A stretch of 64,000 bases of DNA from Clostridia bacterium. Its GTDB lineage: Bacteria > Bacillota > SHA-98 > UBA4971. The DNA lies in NCBI GenBank assembly GCA_050261175.1, contig JBLNDA010000059.1:6195-70194 (forward strand), in the 5' to 3' direction. The notes under the pieces were generated by a model. It saw only the letters and a program-made list of their open reading frames with translations. It was not told where the DNA came from and did not search any database. Shown here in pieces: positions 53,986 to 62,464 of the stretch (positions are counted from its first letter, which is position 1; every line of letters starts with the position of its first letter). Both the position numbers and the translations under genes were made by a program.

Positions 53986-55257
53986 TCAGTGCGCACCTTC
54001 CGGCACCCGGTAGCGCGAGTAATCCTGAGGCGCCTCGGCGGCCTGCGCGAACCAGCGCGGACCCGCCACCGCCCATGGGCTCGAGCGGTAGGCGGTGAGC
54101 ACTTCATCGTAGACCGCCATCGTGCTGCCAGCTATTACGTCCCAGTTGAACCTCTCCCGGACCTCTTGACCGGCCGCTTCGCGGATTCGCTCGCGGAGCC
54201 TGTCGTCGCCGAGGAGGGTCAGGATGTTGTCCGCAAGGGAACCGGGATTCGACACCCAGGCCTTCATGCCGGTGATGCCGTGACTCACGACCTCGCCGAG
54301 CCCGCCCGTATCGGACACCACCACGGGCACGCCGCACGCCATGCCCTCGAGCGCGGTGATTCCGAAGGGTTCGTACAGACTGGGCACGACCGCGACGTCG
54401 GCGCATTTGTACAGGCGGTTGCGCGTCTCGTCGTCCACGAAACCGGCGAAATAGATGCGCTGGTATATCCCGAGCGACTGCGCGAGATGCCTGAGGTAGG
54501 AGTCGGCGGGCCCTTTTCCTGCTATGACGAGTTTGGCCTTGTCGTAGTACGCGAGGACCTTCGCAAAGGCCTCGATGAGGACGTGGACGCCCTTTTCGTG
54601 GACAAGCCTGCCGATGAAGAAGATGATCTTCTCGTCGGGCGCCGCCCACCGCGACCGGAACGGGGCAAGGTCCTCGCCCTCAGGAACCTCGAACCTCATG
54701 GGGTCCACCCCGTTCGGGATCACGTGCACCTTGTCAGCGGGGAACTGAAAGACCCACGAGAGCTCGCCGCGCATATACTCGCTGCAGCATATGACGCGCC
54801 ATGCCTCGAAGCCGAGCCACCACTCGACGCTGCTGATGTACCGCTGTAGATCGTTGTGGAGCCCCCAGTTGCGGCCGTACTCGGTCGCGTGAATAGTGGC
54901 GACGAGCGGGAGCCTGAGCGCGTGCTTCAGCGTCTTTGCAGCGTAGGCGGTGACCCAGTCGTGAGCGTGTACGAGGTCGGCCCCTTGAGCTGCTTGGGGA
55001 ATAGCGCGCTCCAGGAGGCTCAAGTTCATCTGCATGACCCATGTGACGAAATCCGGCGGGGACGGGCTGCCGAGGGGCACCCTGAAGACCCTGACACCCG
55101 AATCGTCTCCCACTTCTTCAGCGCCGTCGGCGGCCAAGGTGACGACGTCCGCATGCACGCCCTGCCGCACGAGGGCTTTGGAGAGATCCTGTACGTGGCG
55201 GGCGATCCCCCCGACTACCCTCGGCGGGTACTCCCACGAAAGCATAAGAACACGCAT
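53986..55257 (-). CDS. Glycosyltransferase family 4 (glycogen-synthase-like)
   Basis: SWEYPP..GG, HAHDW, TIHATE, GRLVHEKG, YEPFGITALE. Confidence 0.9.
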   Translation of the reverse strand: MRVLMLSWEYPPRVVGGIARHVQDLSKALVRQGVHADVVTLAADGAEEVGDDSGVRVFRVPLGSPSPPDFVTWVMQMNLSLLERAIPQAAQGADLVHAHDWVTAYAAKTLKHALRLPLVATIHATEYGRNWGLHNDLQRYISSVEWWLGFEAWRVICCSEYMRGELSWVFQFPADKVHVIPNGVDPMRFEVPEGEDLAPFRSRWAAPDEKIIFFIGRLVHEKGVHVLIEAFAKVLAYYDKAKLVIAGKGPADSYLRHLAQSLGIYQRIYFAGFVDDETRNRLYKCADVAVVPSLYEPFGITALEGMACGVPVVVSDTGGLGEVVSHGITGMKAWVSNPGSLADNILTLLGDDRLRERIREAAGQEVRERFNWDVIAGSTMAVYDEVLTAYRSSPWAVAGPRWFAQAAEAPQDYSRYRVPEGAH

Positions 55258-55302
55258 CTCGTCCCCTCCCATTCCTCGCCCTGGGAACGCGTTCCATGCT
55301 CT

Positions 55303-55331
55303 TATGATTCGCGGTTGGACGCAGATTATTC
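55303..55331 (-). promoter_or_regulatory. Possible sigG/sigF promoter of the GT4 operon
   Basis: GAATA-N17-AATCATA (weaker match). Confidence 0.35.
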
Positions 55332-55482
55332 GTGTCGTGGCTCGGCGGCCGCGCTGTCACTCGGGCAAGCCTGGGCCGCTCGGCGCAACAGCCCGCGGCC
55401 GAACGCGATGACCCGCACACGGAGGTCCGCCGGCGTCGCCTCCGGACGGTGGCGGCGAACCTGAAGGAAGACCGCTAATCAC

Positions 55483-56541
55483 CTAATCGCCGTACGCATG
55501 ACACCGGACGAGGCGCCGGGAATCAACTGACACGAGCTCGGGCCGGGAGACGTCACAGCGGGGCCCGCGCAGCTCACACCGGGGAGCGAAACCACAGCCG
55601 GGCCCGAGGGTGGCAAGGTCCGGGACCTCGCCCATGATCGGCGTGAGCGGCTTCCGCTCGCCCAGGCGCGGGATGGAACGCAGGAGCCCCTGCGTATAGG
55701 GGTGCATCGGTTCCTCCAACACCGCGCCGGTGGGCCCCTGCTCCATGATCTGGCCCGCATACATGACCGCCACCTCGCGGCAGAACTCCGCCGCAACCGC
55801 AAGGTCGTGAGTCACCAGCACGATGGCCGTCCCGGTGGCCTCGTTGATCTCGCGCATGAGATCCAGCACCTGGGCTTGAACCGTTACGTCCAGCGCCGTG
55901 GTGGGCTCGTCCGCGAGCAGGATCTTCGGCTTGCACGCAAGCGCTATCGCTATGAGGATGCGCTGCTGCATTCCCCCGCTGAACTGGTGAGGATACTCGA
56001 GGTGCCTGGTCTCGGGCGACGGGATCCCCACCTTTCGCATGAGGTCGGTGACGATTTCGCGCTCCCGCGCTCGACTCACGCGCGCAAGGCTCGCCGGGAA
56101 CCGCGGGAGAAACCCGTGAACCCGAAGGGATTCAGCTATCTGGTCCCCCACCCTGAACGCGGGGTTGAGGGTGGTCATGGGGTCCTGGAACACCATGGCG
56201 ATATCCCTGCCCCGCACCTCCCGCATCGCCCCGGGACCCAGCTTCATGAGGTCCCGGCCCTCGAAAACGACGCTTCCTGCTACGACCCGCCCTGGATGGG
56301 GCACCAATCGCATTATCGAAAGGAGCGTGGCGCTCTTGCCGCAACCTGACTCCCCTACGATGGCAAGCAAGTCCCCTTCTTCGAGCGTCAAGCTTACGCT
56401 CCGCACCGCCTGGACATCGCCCCGGGCGGTGGGGTACACAGTGGACAAGCCGGACACCTGGAGCACAGCGCGGCCGCTCCGGCCGGCAGGCCGAATCTCC
56501 TCGTCTCCCGGCTCGACGCCTGTCGTCTGCAACGCATGCAA
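55483..56541 (-). CDS. Peptide ABC transporter ATPase (OppD/DppD)
   Basis: GESGCGKS, FSGGMQQR, DEPTTALD, HPYT, C-terminal Cys motif. Confidence 0.93.
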   Translation of the reverse strand: MHALQTTGVEPGDEEIRPAGRSGRAVLQVSGLSTVYPTARGDVQAVRSVSLTLEEGDLLAIVGESGCGKSATLLSIMRLVPHPGRVVAGSVVFEGRDLMKLGPGAMREVRGRDIAMVFQDPMTTLNPAFRVGDQIAESLRVHGFLPRFPASLARVSRAREREIVTDLMRKVGIPSPETRHLEYPHQFSGGMQQRILIAIALACKPKILLADEPTTALDVTVQAQVLDLMREINEATGTAIVLVTHDLAVAAEFCREVAVMYAGQIMEQGPTGAVLEEPMHPYTQGLLRSIPRLGERKPLTPIMGEVPDLATLGPGCGFAPRCELRGPRCDVSRPELVSVDSRRLVRCHAYGD

Positions 56542-56547
56542 AGCAGT

Positions 56548-57612
56548 CTACACCTCCTTCAGTCTCGGGTCCAGGATGTCGCGGAGGGCCTCTCCGACGA
56601 GGTTGATGGCAAGGACTAGCACCACCAGCGCGAGCCCGGGCAGGGTCGCAACCCACCATGCGGTGAGCATGTACCGCCGCCCGTCATTCACCATCGACCC
56701 CCAAGCCGGAATGCGCGGCGGTATCCCGAGCCCCAGGAAGCTCAAGGACGACTCCAGCACGATCATGTTGCCCATGCGCAGCGTCCCGAGGACCACTATG
56801 GAGTGCACGATGTTGGGAAGGATCTCCGAACAGATGATGGCCGCATGGGAACGTCCGAGCGCTCTCGCGGCTTCCACGTATTCCTTCGTTTTCTCCGACA
56901 TGACCTCGGCTCTCGCAAGCCGGTAGAATTCCACCCATCCCTTGAAACTCAAGGCCCAGACGAGGTTCCAGAACCCAGGCCCCAGGACGGCCATGGCCCC
57001 AATCACGAAAATGAGGTACGGAAAGGCGAGGAGCAGGTCGGTGAACCTCGAGACGAGCCTGTCGAAAGGCCCCCTGAAATAGCCCGCCACCACTCCCAGG
57101 CCGACCCCGATTATGACAGAGACGGCTATGGTGAGCACCCCCACCAGGATTGAAACCCGGGCGCCGTATATTACCCGAGACAGGATGTCGCGCCCGAGCT
57201 GGTCGGTGCCGAGCGGAAACTCTCCGGTCCAGCTCGGCGGTGTGAGGCGCTGCGTGAGAGACACCTCGTCCGGAGCGTGAGGGGCGACCCATGGCGCGAG
57301 TACGGCGGCAGCAACATACAGCAGGATCACCGCGCCGCCGGCGATCGCGGACGGGTGTGCCGCCATCCGCCGCGCAAAACCCAGGAAGCCCTTGATCGCG
57401 AGGCCGAGCCGCCCGGCGCCCGCCGGGGGCGTGAGAGTCTGCGCCTCCCAGGCCTCGCGGGTTTCTCGACGCTCGCCGCGGGCCACGGCGTCCCAGGAAG
57501 GCAACGCCTGACGCCTTCCGTCCGCGGCTTCCATTCCATCCAGGCATATGGGCGAATCCCGCAAGGCTTTTCCTCCTTCCGCTGGTTCCGCCAGTCCGGA
57601 GTCGCGGCTCAC
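56548..57612 (-). CDS. Peptide ABC transporter permease (OppC/DppC)
   Basis: LGTDQLGRD, EYVEAARALG, LSFLGLG. Confidence 0.93.
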   Translation of the reverse strand: MSRDSGLAEPAEGGKALRDSPICLDGMEAADGRRQALPSWDAVARGERRETREAWEAQTLTPPAGAGRLGLAIKGFLGFARRMAAHPSAIAGGAVILLYVAAAVLAPWVAPHAPDEVSLTQRLTPPSWTGEFPLGTDQLGRDILSRVIYGARVSILVGVLTIAVSVIIGVGLGVVAGYFRGPFDRLVSRFTDLLLAFPYLIFVIGAMAVLGPGFWNLVWALSFKGWVEFYRLARAEVMSEKTKEYVEAARALGRSHAAIICSEILPNIVHSIVVLGTLRMGNMIVLESSLSFLGLGIPPRIPAWGSMVNDGRRYMLTAWWVATLPGLALVVLVLAINLVGEALRDILDPRLKEV

Positions 57613-58631
57613 AGCGTCATCTTCGGGTTGAGATACGTGTAAAGGACGTCCGTCGCCAGGTTCACGACGACGAACGTCAAGGCGTACGCCATCACGGCCG
57701 CCTGCACCAGCGGATAGTCCCTCGAAAAGATGGCGTCGACGACGACGCGCCCGAGGCCCGGCCAGCCGAAGATCGTCTCCACGATCATGTTCCCGCCGAG
57801 GAGCGTGCCGACTTGGAGGCCGACCACCGTGACAGTCGGGATGAGCGCGTTGCGCAGGGCGTGGCGGATGGTGACCGCCCGCTCGGCCACACCTTTCGCC
57901 CTGGCGAACAGAACGTAGTCCGCCCGGAGCACCTCCAACATGCTCGACCGGACGACCCTCGCCACCACCCCGGCCACCCCGGCGCCCAGGGTGGCGGCGG
58001 GGAGGACGAGGTGTTTCAGGGCGTCACACAGCGCGGGGATGTTGCCCGTTAGGATGGCGTCCACCGTCAGTAGGCCCGTGATGGTCTCGGGTTCGAACCC
58101 GTAGGTGATGCGTCCGGAGGTGGGCAGCCACCCCAAGTGAAGCGAGAACACGATTATCCCGAGCAGGCCCAGCCAAAACGCGGGCATCGAGATGCCCAGG
58201 AACGACGCGGCCATGCTTGCCCTGTCGATGACAGACCGCTGCCGGAGAGCGGAGATGACACCTACCGGGAGAGCAACTACAAGGGCGAAAACCAGAGAGT
58301 ACAGAGCGAGCTCTATGGTGGCTGGCAACGCCTCCACGATCACCTCCGCCACCGGGCGTGAGCTTTGAATGGAGTATCCGAGGTCGCCCCGGACGAGCCC
58401 GGCGAGGTACGCCCCGAGCTGCGCGGGGAGGGATTTGTCCAGCCCGAGCTCGGCCCTGAGTGAATCGATGTCCTCCTGCGTCACGCCGCCGGCTTCACCG
58501 ATCATGATGTCGACCGGATCGCCAGGCATGAGCCGCATGAGAATGAACACCGCCACAGCGACACCGAGGGCTATGGGTATCGTCGCGAGCACCCGTTCAA
58601 GAACCTGTACGTGTGTTCTTCGCACATACAT
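57609..58631 (-). CDS. Peptide ABC transporter permease (OppB/DppB); start uncertain
   Basis: MPGDP, GDLGYS, ARAKG, HALRNA, ETIFGWPGLG. Confidence 0.93.
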   Translation of the reverse strand: MYVRRTHVQVLERVLATIPIALGVAVAVFILMRLMPGDPVDIMIGEAGGVTQEDIDSLRAELGLDKSLPAQLGAYLAGLVRGDLGYSIQSSRPVAEVIVEALPATIELALYSLVFALVVALPVGVISALRQRSVIDRASMAASFLGISMPAFWLGLLGIIVFSLHLGWLPTSGRITYGFEPETITGLLTVDAILTGNIPALCDALKHLVLPAATLGAGVAGVVARVVRSSMLEVLRADYVLFARAKGVAERAVTIRHALRNALIPTVTVVGLQVGTLLGGNMIVETIFGWPGLGRVVVDAIFSRDYPLVQAAVMAYALTFVVVNLATDVLYTYLNPKMTL

Positions 58632-58722
58632 CCCCCCACGTTCACCGGCCGCCTCGGCCGGCGATCCTCGTCGCGGCCGGTCCACCCGCCACGCCTGCCG
58701 TGCCGCCCTCGCCGCGCGGTTC

Positions 58723-60306
58723 TCATTTCACGGAATAGCCCGCTTCGCTCAAGAGAGCCTTGGCCTTCTCCGGGTCATACGGATAAGGCTCGAGATCGGG
58801 ATTGAACCCGAATCCGCTGGGCAGGAAGGCGGTGGCGAGGCGCTTCGCCGTGCCTCCGTAGACGGTCTCGAGGATCCCGTCCCAGTTGACCGCGTAGTTC
58901 ATCGCCCTGCGCACCCTGACATCGTTGAAGGGCGGCTTCGCGCAGTTGAGCTCGACGCAGTACACCCGGGTGCCTTCGACGCTCTTCACCTGCACATTCT
59001 TGTCTTTCTTGAGGCTCGCCGCGAGATCAGGCGGCACCTGCTGCGCTATCTGCACTTCGCCCGCTTTGAGCGCGGCGATGCGAACCGTGGGATCGGGCAT
59101 CATCCTGAAGATGACCCGCTTTACCTGTGCCGGCCCCACGGGTGGCAGGTCGGGGGAGCCACCGTAATAGCCGTCGAACCGCTCCATCACGATCTGGTCG
59201 TCGAGCCGGCCTCCAACGAACTTGAACGGACCGCAGCCCACAGGGTTTCTCGCGAATTCCTCGTCGCCCACCTTCTCTATGTAGTCCTTCGGGACCACCT
59301 GCGTCTGCACCAACGCCTGCAGGAAGACGGGGAATGGGCTCGCCAGGGAGAACTTGACCGTGTACTTGTCGACCTTTTCCACCTTCTCCACGGGCCCGAG
59401 GAGTCCCGCCCGGGGGGACGACCGCCCGCCGATAGCGCCTTCTTTCAATATCCGCTCGAACGTGAACACCACGTCATCCGCGTCGAGCTCCTCGCCGTTA
59501 TGGAACTTGACGCCCTTGCGGATCTTGAAAACGTACACGTCGTCCGCGGGCGTCGTCCAGGACTCGGCGATCTCCGGCACGACCCTGCCGTCCCACGTGC
59601 GCGTGACGAGACCATCGAACATGTTGCGAACCACGGTTTCGGTGTCGCGCTCACGGTGCATCGCCGGGTCCAGGGTCACCACCTTGTCGGTTTTCATCCC
59701 CACGACTATGGTGTCGCCGCGCGCGAGCCCGACGTCGTGAAGGTTGATGCGCGAGTCCATCGCCGGCTGCCAGCCTCTCACATCGGCCCTGGCTGCCTCG
59801 ATTTCGCTCAGGTAGTACCCGAAAACCCAGGGCGCGTCGTCATGCAGGATGGACTGTGCCTCATAATAGGCTTTGCGCCTAACCCCCGGATCGACTGTGG
59901 TGAGAGCGGCGTCAATGGCGCGGTCGAACGCTGGATTGCTATAGTGCGAGTAGTTGCCGCGGTCACCAGTGCGCAGCTTGGGCACGGCGAGGTCGAAGGG
60001 ATCGAAGTACGCGCTGCCCCAGTCGGTGAGGTACATCTGCCGCTCGCCCTTGAGAGCACTGTCTTTCAGCGCGCTCCATTCCCAGATCCGCACATCGGCC
60101 TGGACGCCGATGGCTCGAAGGTCGGCAGCGATGGCCTCGGCCTCGTCGGCCCTGTTCGCCTCAGCGTCGATCACGACGGCCAGCGTCTTGCCAGCCGCGT
60201 GGAGCGCCCCGCCGCTCGGAACCCCCGTCGCTAGGAGCGCAAGAACCACGATGGCGGCAGCGATCCAGCAACCCCTCCTACCGTCCAGGCTCCTTCTCAT
60301 TCTCAT
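58723..60306 (-). CDS. Family-5 peptide/nickel ABC solute-binding protein, circularly permuted
   Basis: TLDP, FDGLV, PEIAESW, KFHNG, PVGCGPF, YDPEKAKALL motifs; the usual C-terminal domain is at the N-terminus. Confidence 0.9.
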   Translation of the reverse strand: MRMRRSLDGRRGCWIAAAIVVLALLATGVPSGGALHAAGKTLAVVIDAEANRADEAEAIAADLRAIGVQADVRIWEWSALKDSALKGERQMYLTDWGSAYFDPFDLAVPKLRTGDRGNYSHYSNPAFDRAIDAALTTVDPGVRRKAYYEAQSILHDDAPWVFGYYLSEIEAARADVRGWQPAMDSRINLHDVGLARGDTIVVGMKTDKVVTLDPAMHRERDTETVVRNMFDGLVTRTWDGRVVPEIAESWTTPADDVYVFKIRKGVKFHNGEELDADDVVFTFERILKEGAIGGRSSPRAGLLGPVEKVEKVDKYTVKFSLASPFPVFLQALVQTQVVPKDYIEKVGDEEFARNPVGCGPFKFVGGRLDDQIVMERFDGYYGGSPDLPPVGPAQVKRVIFRMMPDPTVRIAALKAGEVQIAQQVPPDLAASLKKDKNVQVKSVEGTRVYCVELNCAKPPFNDVRVRRAMNYAVNWDGILETVYGGTAKRLATAFLPSGFGFNPDLEPYPYDPEKAKALLSEAGYSVK

Positions 60307-60786
60307 TCCAAACGCCTCCTTTGTGTGTGTGTGTCGTGGAACCCGTCACTTTGCAGATGACGCGAGACCCGGGACGGCTTCCCGCCTCTCGTCTGCGCGG
60401 GCCGCCGCAGGTCCGCGAACTCGCGACGTCTCTTTGGGTTGGGCGCCGGCCCTCTCCAGGGCGGGCCGGGCGGCGTCGCCCTCGTCGCCCTCCAGGTATG
60501 GTGAACCGGCGCGGCGGGCTTACGGCGCGCCTCGCACGGTCCGTGCGCGCCCTTGGTGAGTCTCGCCCGGCTGCGGGCGGGGCGGCTGCCCCCTGCTGGG
60601 AACCGCGGCCGCTGTGGCCGCGACGTTTGAAGCGCCGGATGAGCTCCGGGTGCTCAGTGTCACGCTGGCAGGCTCTCGTGTGCGGGCTCGCTTACTCAGG
60701 CCGGAAACAAGGCATCGCATCCCCGCGGGGCCTGGCGGGAGGAGTGAGAAGGACGGCACGAGACCGGGCCGGGAGGACCACGAGAC

Positions 60787-60816
60787 AACAATTGCCCAGG
60801 GACACCCCTGGGCAAT
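60787..60816 (-). terminator. Riboswitch expression-platform terminator
   Basis: AUUGCCCAGGG-GUGU-CCCUGGGCAAU-UGUU. Confidence 0.75.
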
Positions 60817-60824
60817 GGGAAGGC

Positions 60825-60963
60825 GTCCCCCTTTCGACGCTTACGAGGTTAGCTGACGGGCTCGGACCGAAGGAGATGGCCCTACCTGCGTTTCCTCGCA
60901 GGACTCGCCCCGGATCTCTGGGACTTTGGTTCCCCCGCTCTTCCCGAAGGAAGATTAAGCGGC
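60825..60963 (-). ncRNA. c-di-AMP riboswitch (ydaO/yuaA)
   Basis: CGCUUAAUC..GAGCGGGGGAACCA..GGGGCGAGUC..GUAGGG..CCGAGCCCGUCAGCUAACCUCGUAAGCG consensus. Confidence 0.93.
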
Positions 60964-61022
60964 CGCACGTGGTTCTGCTGCGGCAAAACCGACGCATCTA
61001 TTCTATTGTACCTCTTATGGTT

Positions 61023-61052
61023 ATTTTACCACCTGCGCACCACTTGCGTCAA
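61023..61052 (-). promoter_or_regulatory. sigA promoter of the riboswitch-ABC operon
   Basis: TTGACG-N18-TAAAAT with extended TG. Confidence 0.65.
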
Positions 61053-61088
61053 CCGGCACGACAGAGCGGCCCGCGCCGGGCACCGCGG

Positions 61089-61117
61089 TTGAGGACCTGA
61101 TATGAGTATGATAGACT
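61089..61117 (+). promoter_or_regulatory. Divergent sigA promoter of the OppF-like gene
   Basis: TTGAGG-N17-TAGACT with extended TG. Confidence 0.55.
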
Positions 61118-61304
61118 GACTAGTAGAGAGCTCGGAGCTAAACCCGGATGTCTCGACCTGAAGTGGCGCAGCCGTTCAGTTGCCGAGGACGAGGATTCGG
61201 GCGAGCTGACTTTGTGCCGCCGTAACCGTTGAGCGCCGGTTCGTATCAAGAGCACGGACCGGCCGGACTGAAAAACCTTCGATCGCATTGGGGGGAACGC
61301 GTGT

Positions 61305-62345
61305 ATGACGAGCGGGATGTCCAGCCTCACGCCCCTTGTATCTGTGCGGGACGTGTCGAAGCACTTCGTGCTTCACGAGACGCTCCTCACGCGATACCTG
61401 GCCGGGGCCAAAGACCGCACGGTGAGGGCGGTGGACGGCGTCAGCCTCGACGTGTACCCGGGCGAGACTCTCAGCCTGGTGGGAGAGTCGGGGTGCGGCA
61501 AGAGCACCCTCGGCCGCACGATTGTGGGGTTGTATGAACCCACATCGGGCGAGGTCGTGTTCGACGGGAAGCCCATAACCGGGCCCGGTGCCCTGCCCCG
61601 GGCGAGCGTCAGGCGCCAGGCTCAGATCATCTTCCAGAATCCGTACAGCTCACTCAACCCGCGCCACACGGTAAGGCGGATCCTTGGAGTCGCGCTGGCG
61701 GCGCGCGGGGTGCCTCCGCGCGAGCGCGAGCGCGAAACCGTGGCCTTGCTCCGCAGGGTCGGCCTGGGCGCGGAGCACATGGACAGGTACCCGCACCAGT
61801 TCAGCGGCGGCCAGCGCCAGCGCATCGGCGTGGCCCGGGCGCTCGCCATGCGCCCGAGGTTCGTCGTGGCGGACGAACCCCTTTCGTCGCTGGACGTGTC
61901 GGTGCAGGCCCAAATCATCAATCTTCTGCAGGAGCTCCAGGAGGAGTTCGGGCTCGCGTATCTTTTCATCACCCACGACCTGCGGGTAGTGTACCACATC
62001 AGCCGCAGGGTTGCAGTGATGTACCTCGGTCAGGTCGTCGAGGCGGCTCCCACTGACGAGCTGTTCGAGAACCCGCTGCACCCGTATACGCAGGCGCTTC
62101 TGTCGGCGATCCCCAGCATCGAGCGGCATCGCCGGCGAGGGAGGATCATGCTGGAGGGGACGGTGCCCACGCCCATCGATCCGCCGCAGGGCTGCCGGTT
62201 TCACCCTCGGTGCCCGCGGCGCACGCCGCAGTGCCAAGCGGAAGCTCCAGAACTCCGCCAATTGACTGGCGCGCCGGGGGCGGGCACAGGAACGGGTGCC
62301 ATGCTCACCGGCCATTACGTCCGCTGCCACATCGCGCCAGCCTGA
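61305..62345 (+). CDS. Peptide ABC transporter ATPase (OppF/DppF)
   Basis: AVDGVS, GESGCGKS, FSGGQRQR, LDVSVQAQ, GCRFHPRC. Confidence 0.93.
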   Translation: MTSGMSSLTPLVSVRDVSKHFVLHETLLTRYLAGAKDRTVRAVDGVSLDVYPGETLSLVGESGCGKSTLGRTIVGLYEPTSGEVVFDGKPITGPGALPRASVRRQAQIIFQNPYSSLNPRHTVRRILGVALAARGVPPRERERETVALLRRVGLGAEHMDRYPHQFSGGQRQRIGVARALAMRPRFVVADEPLSSLDVSVQAQIINLLQELQEEFGLAYLFITHDLRVVYHISRRVAVMYLGQVVEAAPTDELFENPLHPYTQALLSAIPSIERHRRRGRIMLEGTVPTPIDPPQGCRFHPRCPRRTPQCQAEAPELRQLTGAPGAGTGTGAMLTGHYVRCHIAPA

Positions 62346-62464
62346 AAGCGGCCTGCGCCGCCTGCGCCCTCCCGGTCCCGGAGCAGCGAAGCGGCGCAGA
62401 ATCGCGTTTTCCTCCACGACCCGGGACGGCTCGGGCTGGTCACCGGCAGCCTAGGTGGCTGGCC

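Noticed and set aside
61123-61270. T-box riboswitch before the OppF-like gene
   Set aside because: No GGUGGNACCGCG T-box sequence and no U-tailed terminator
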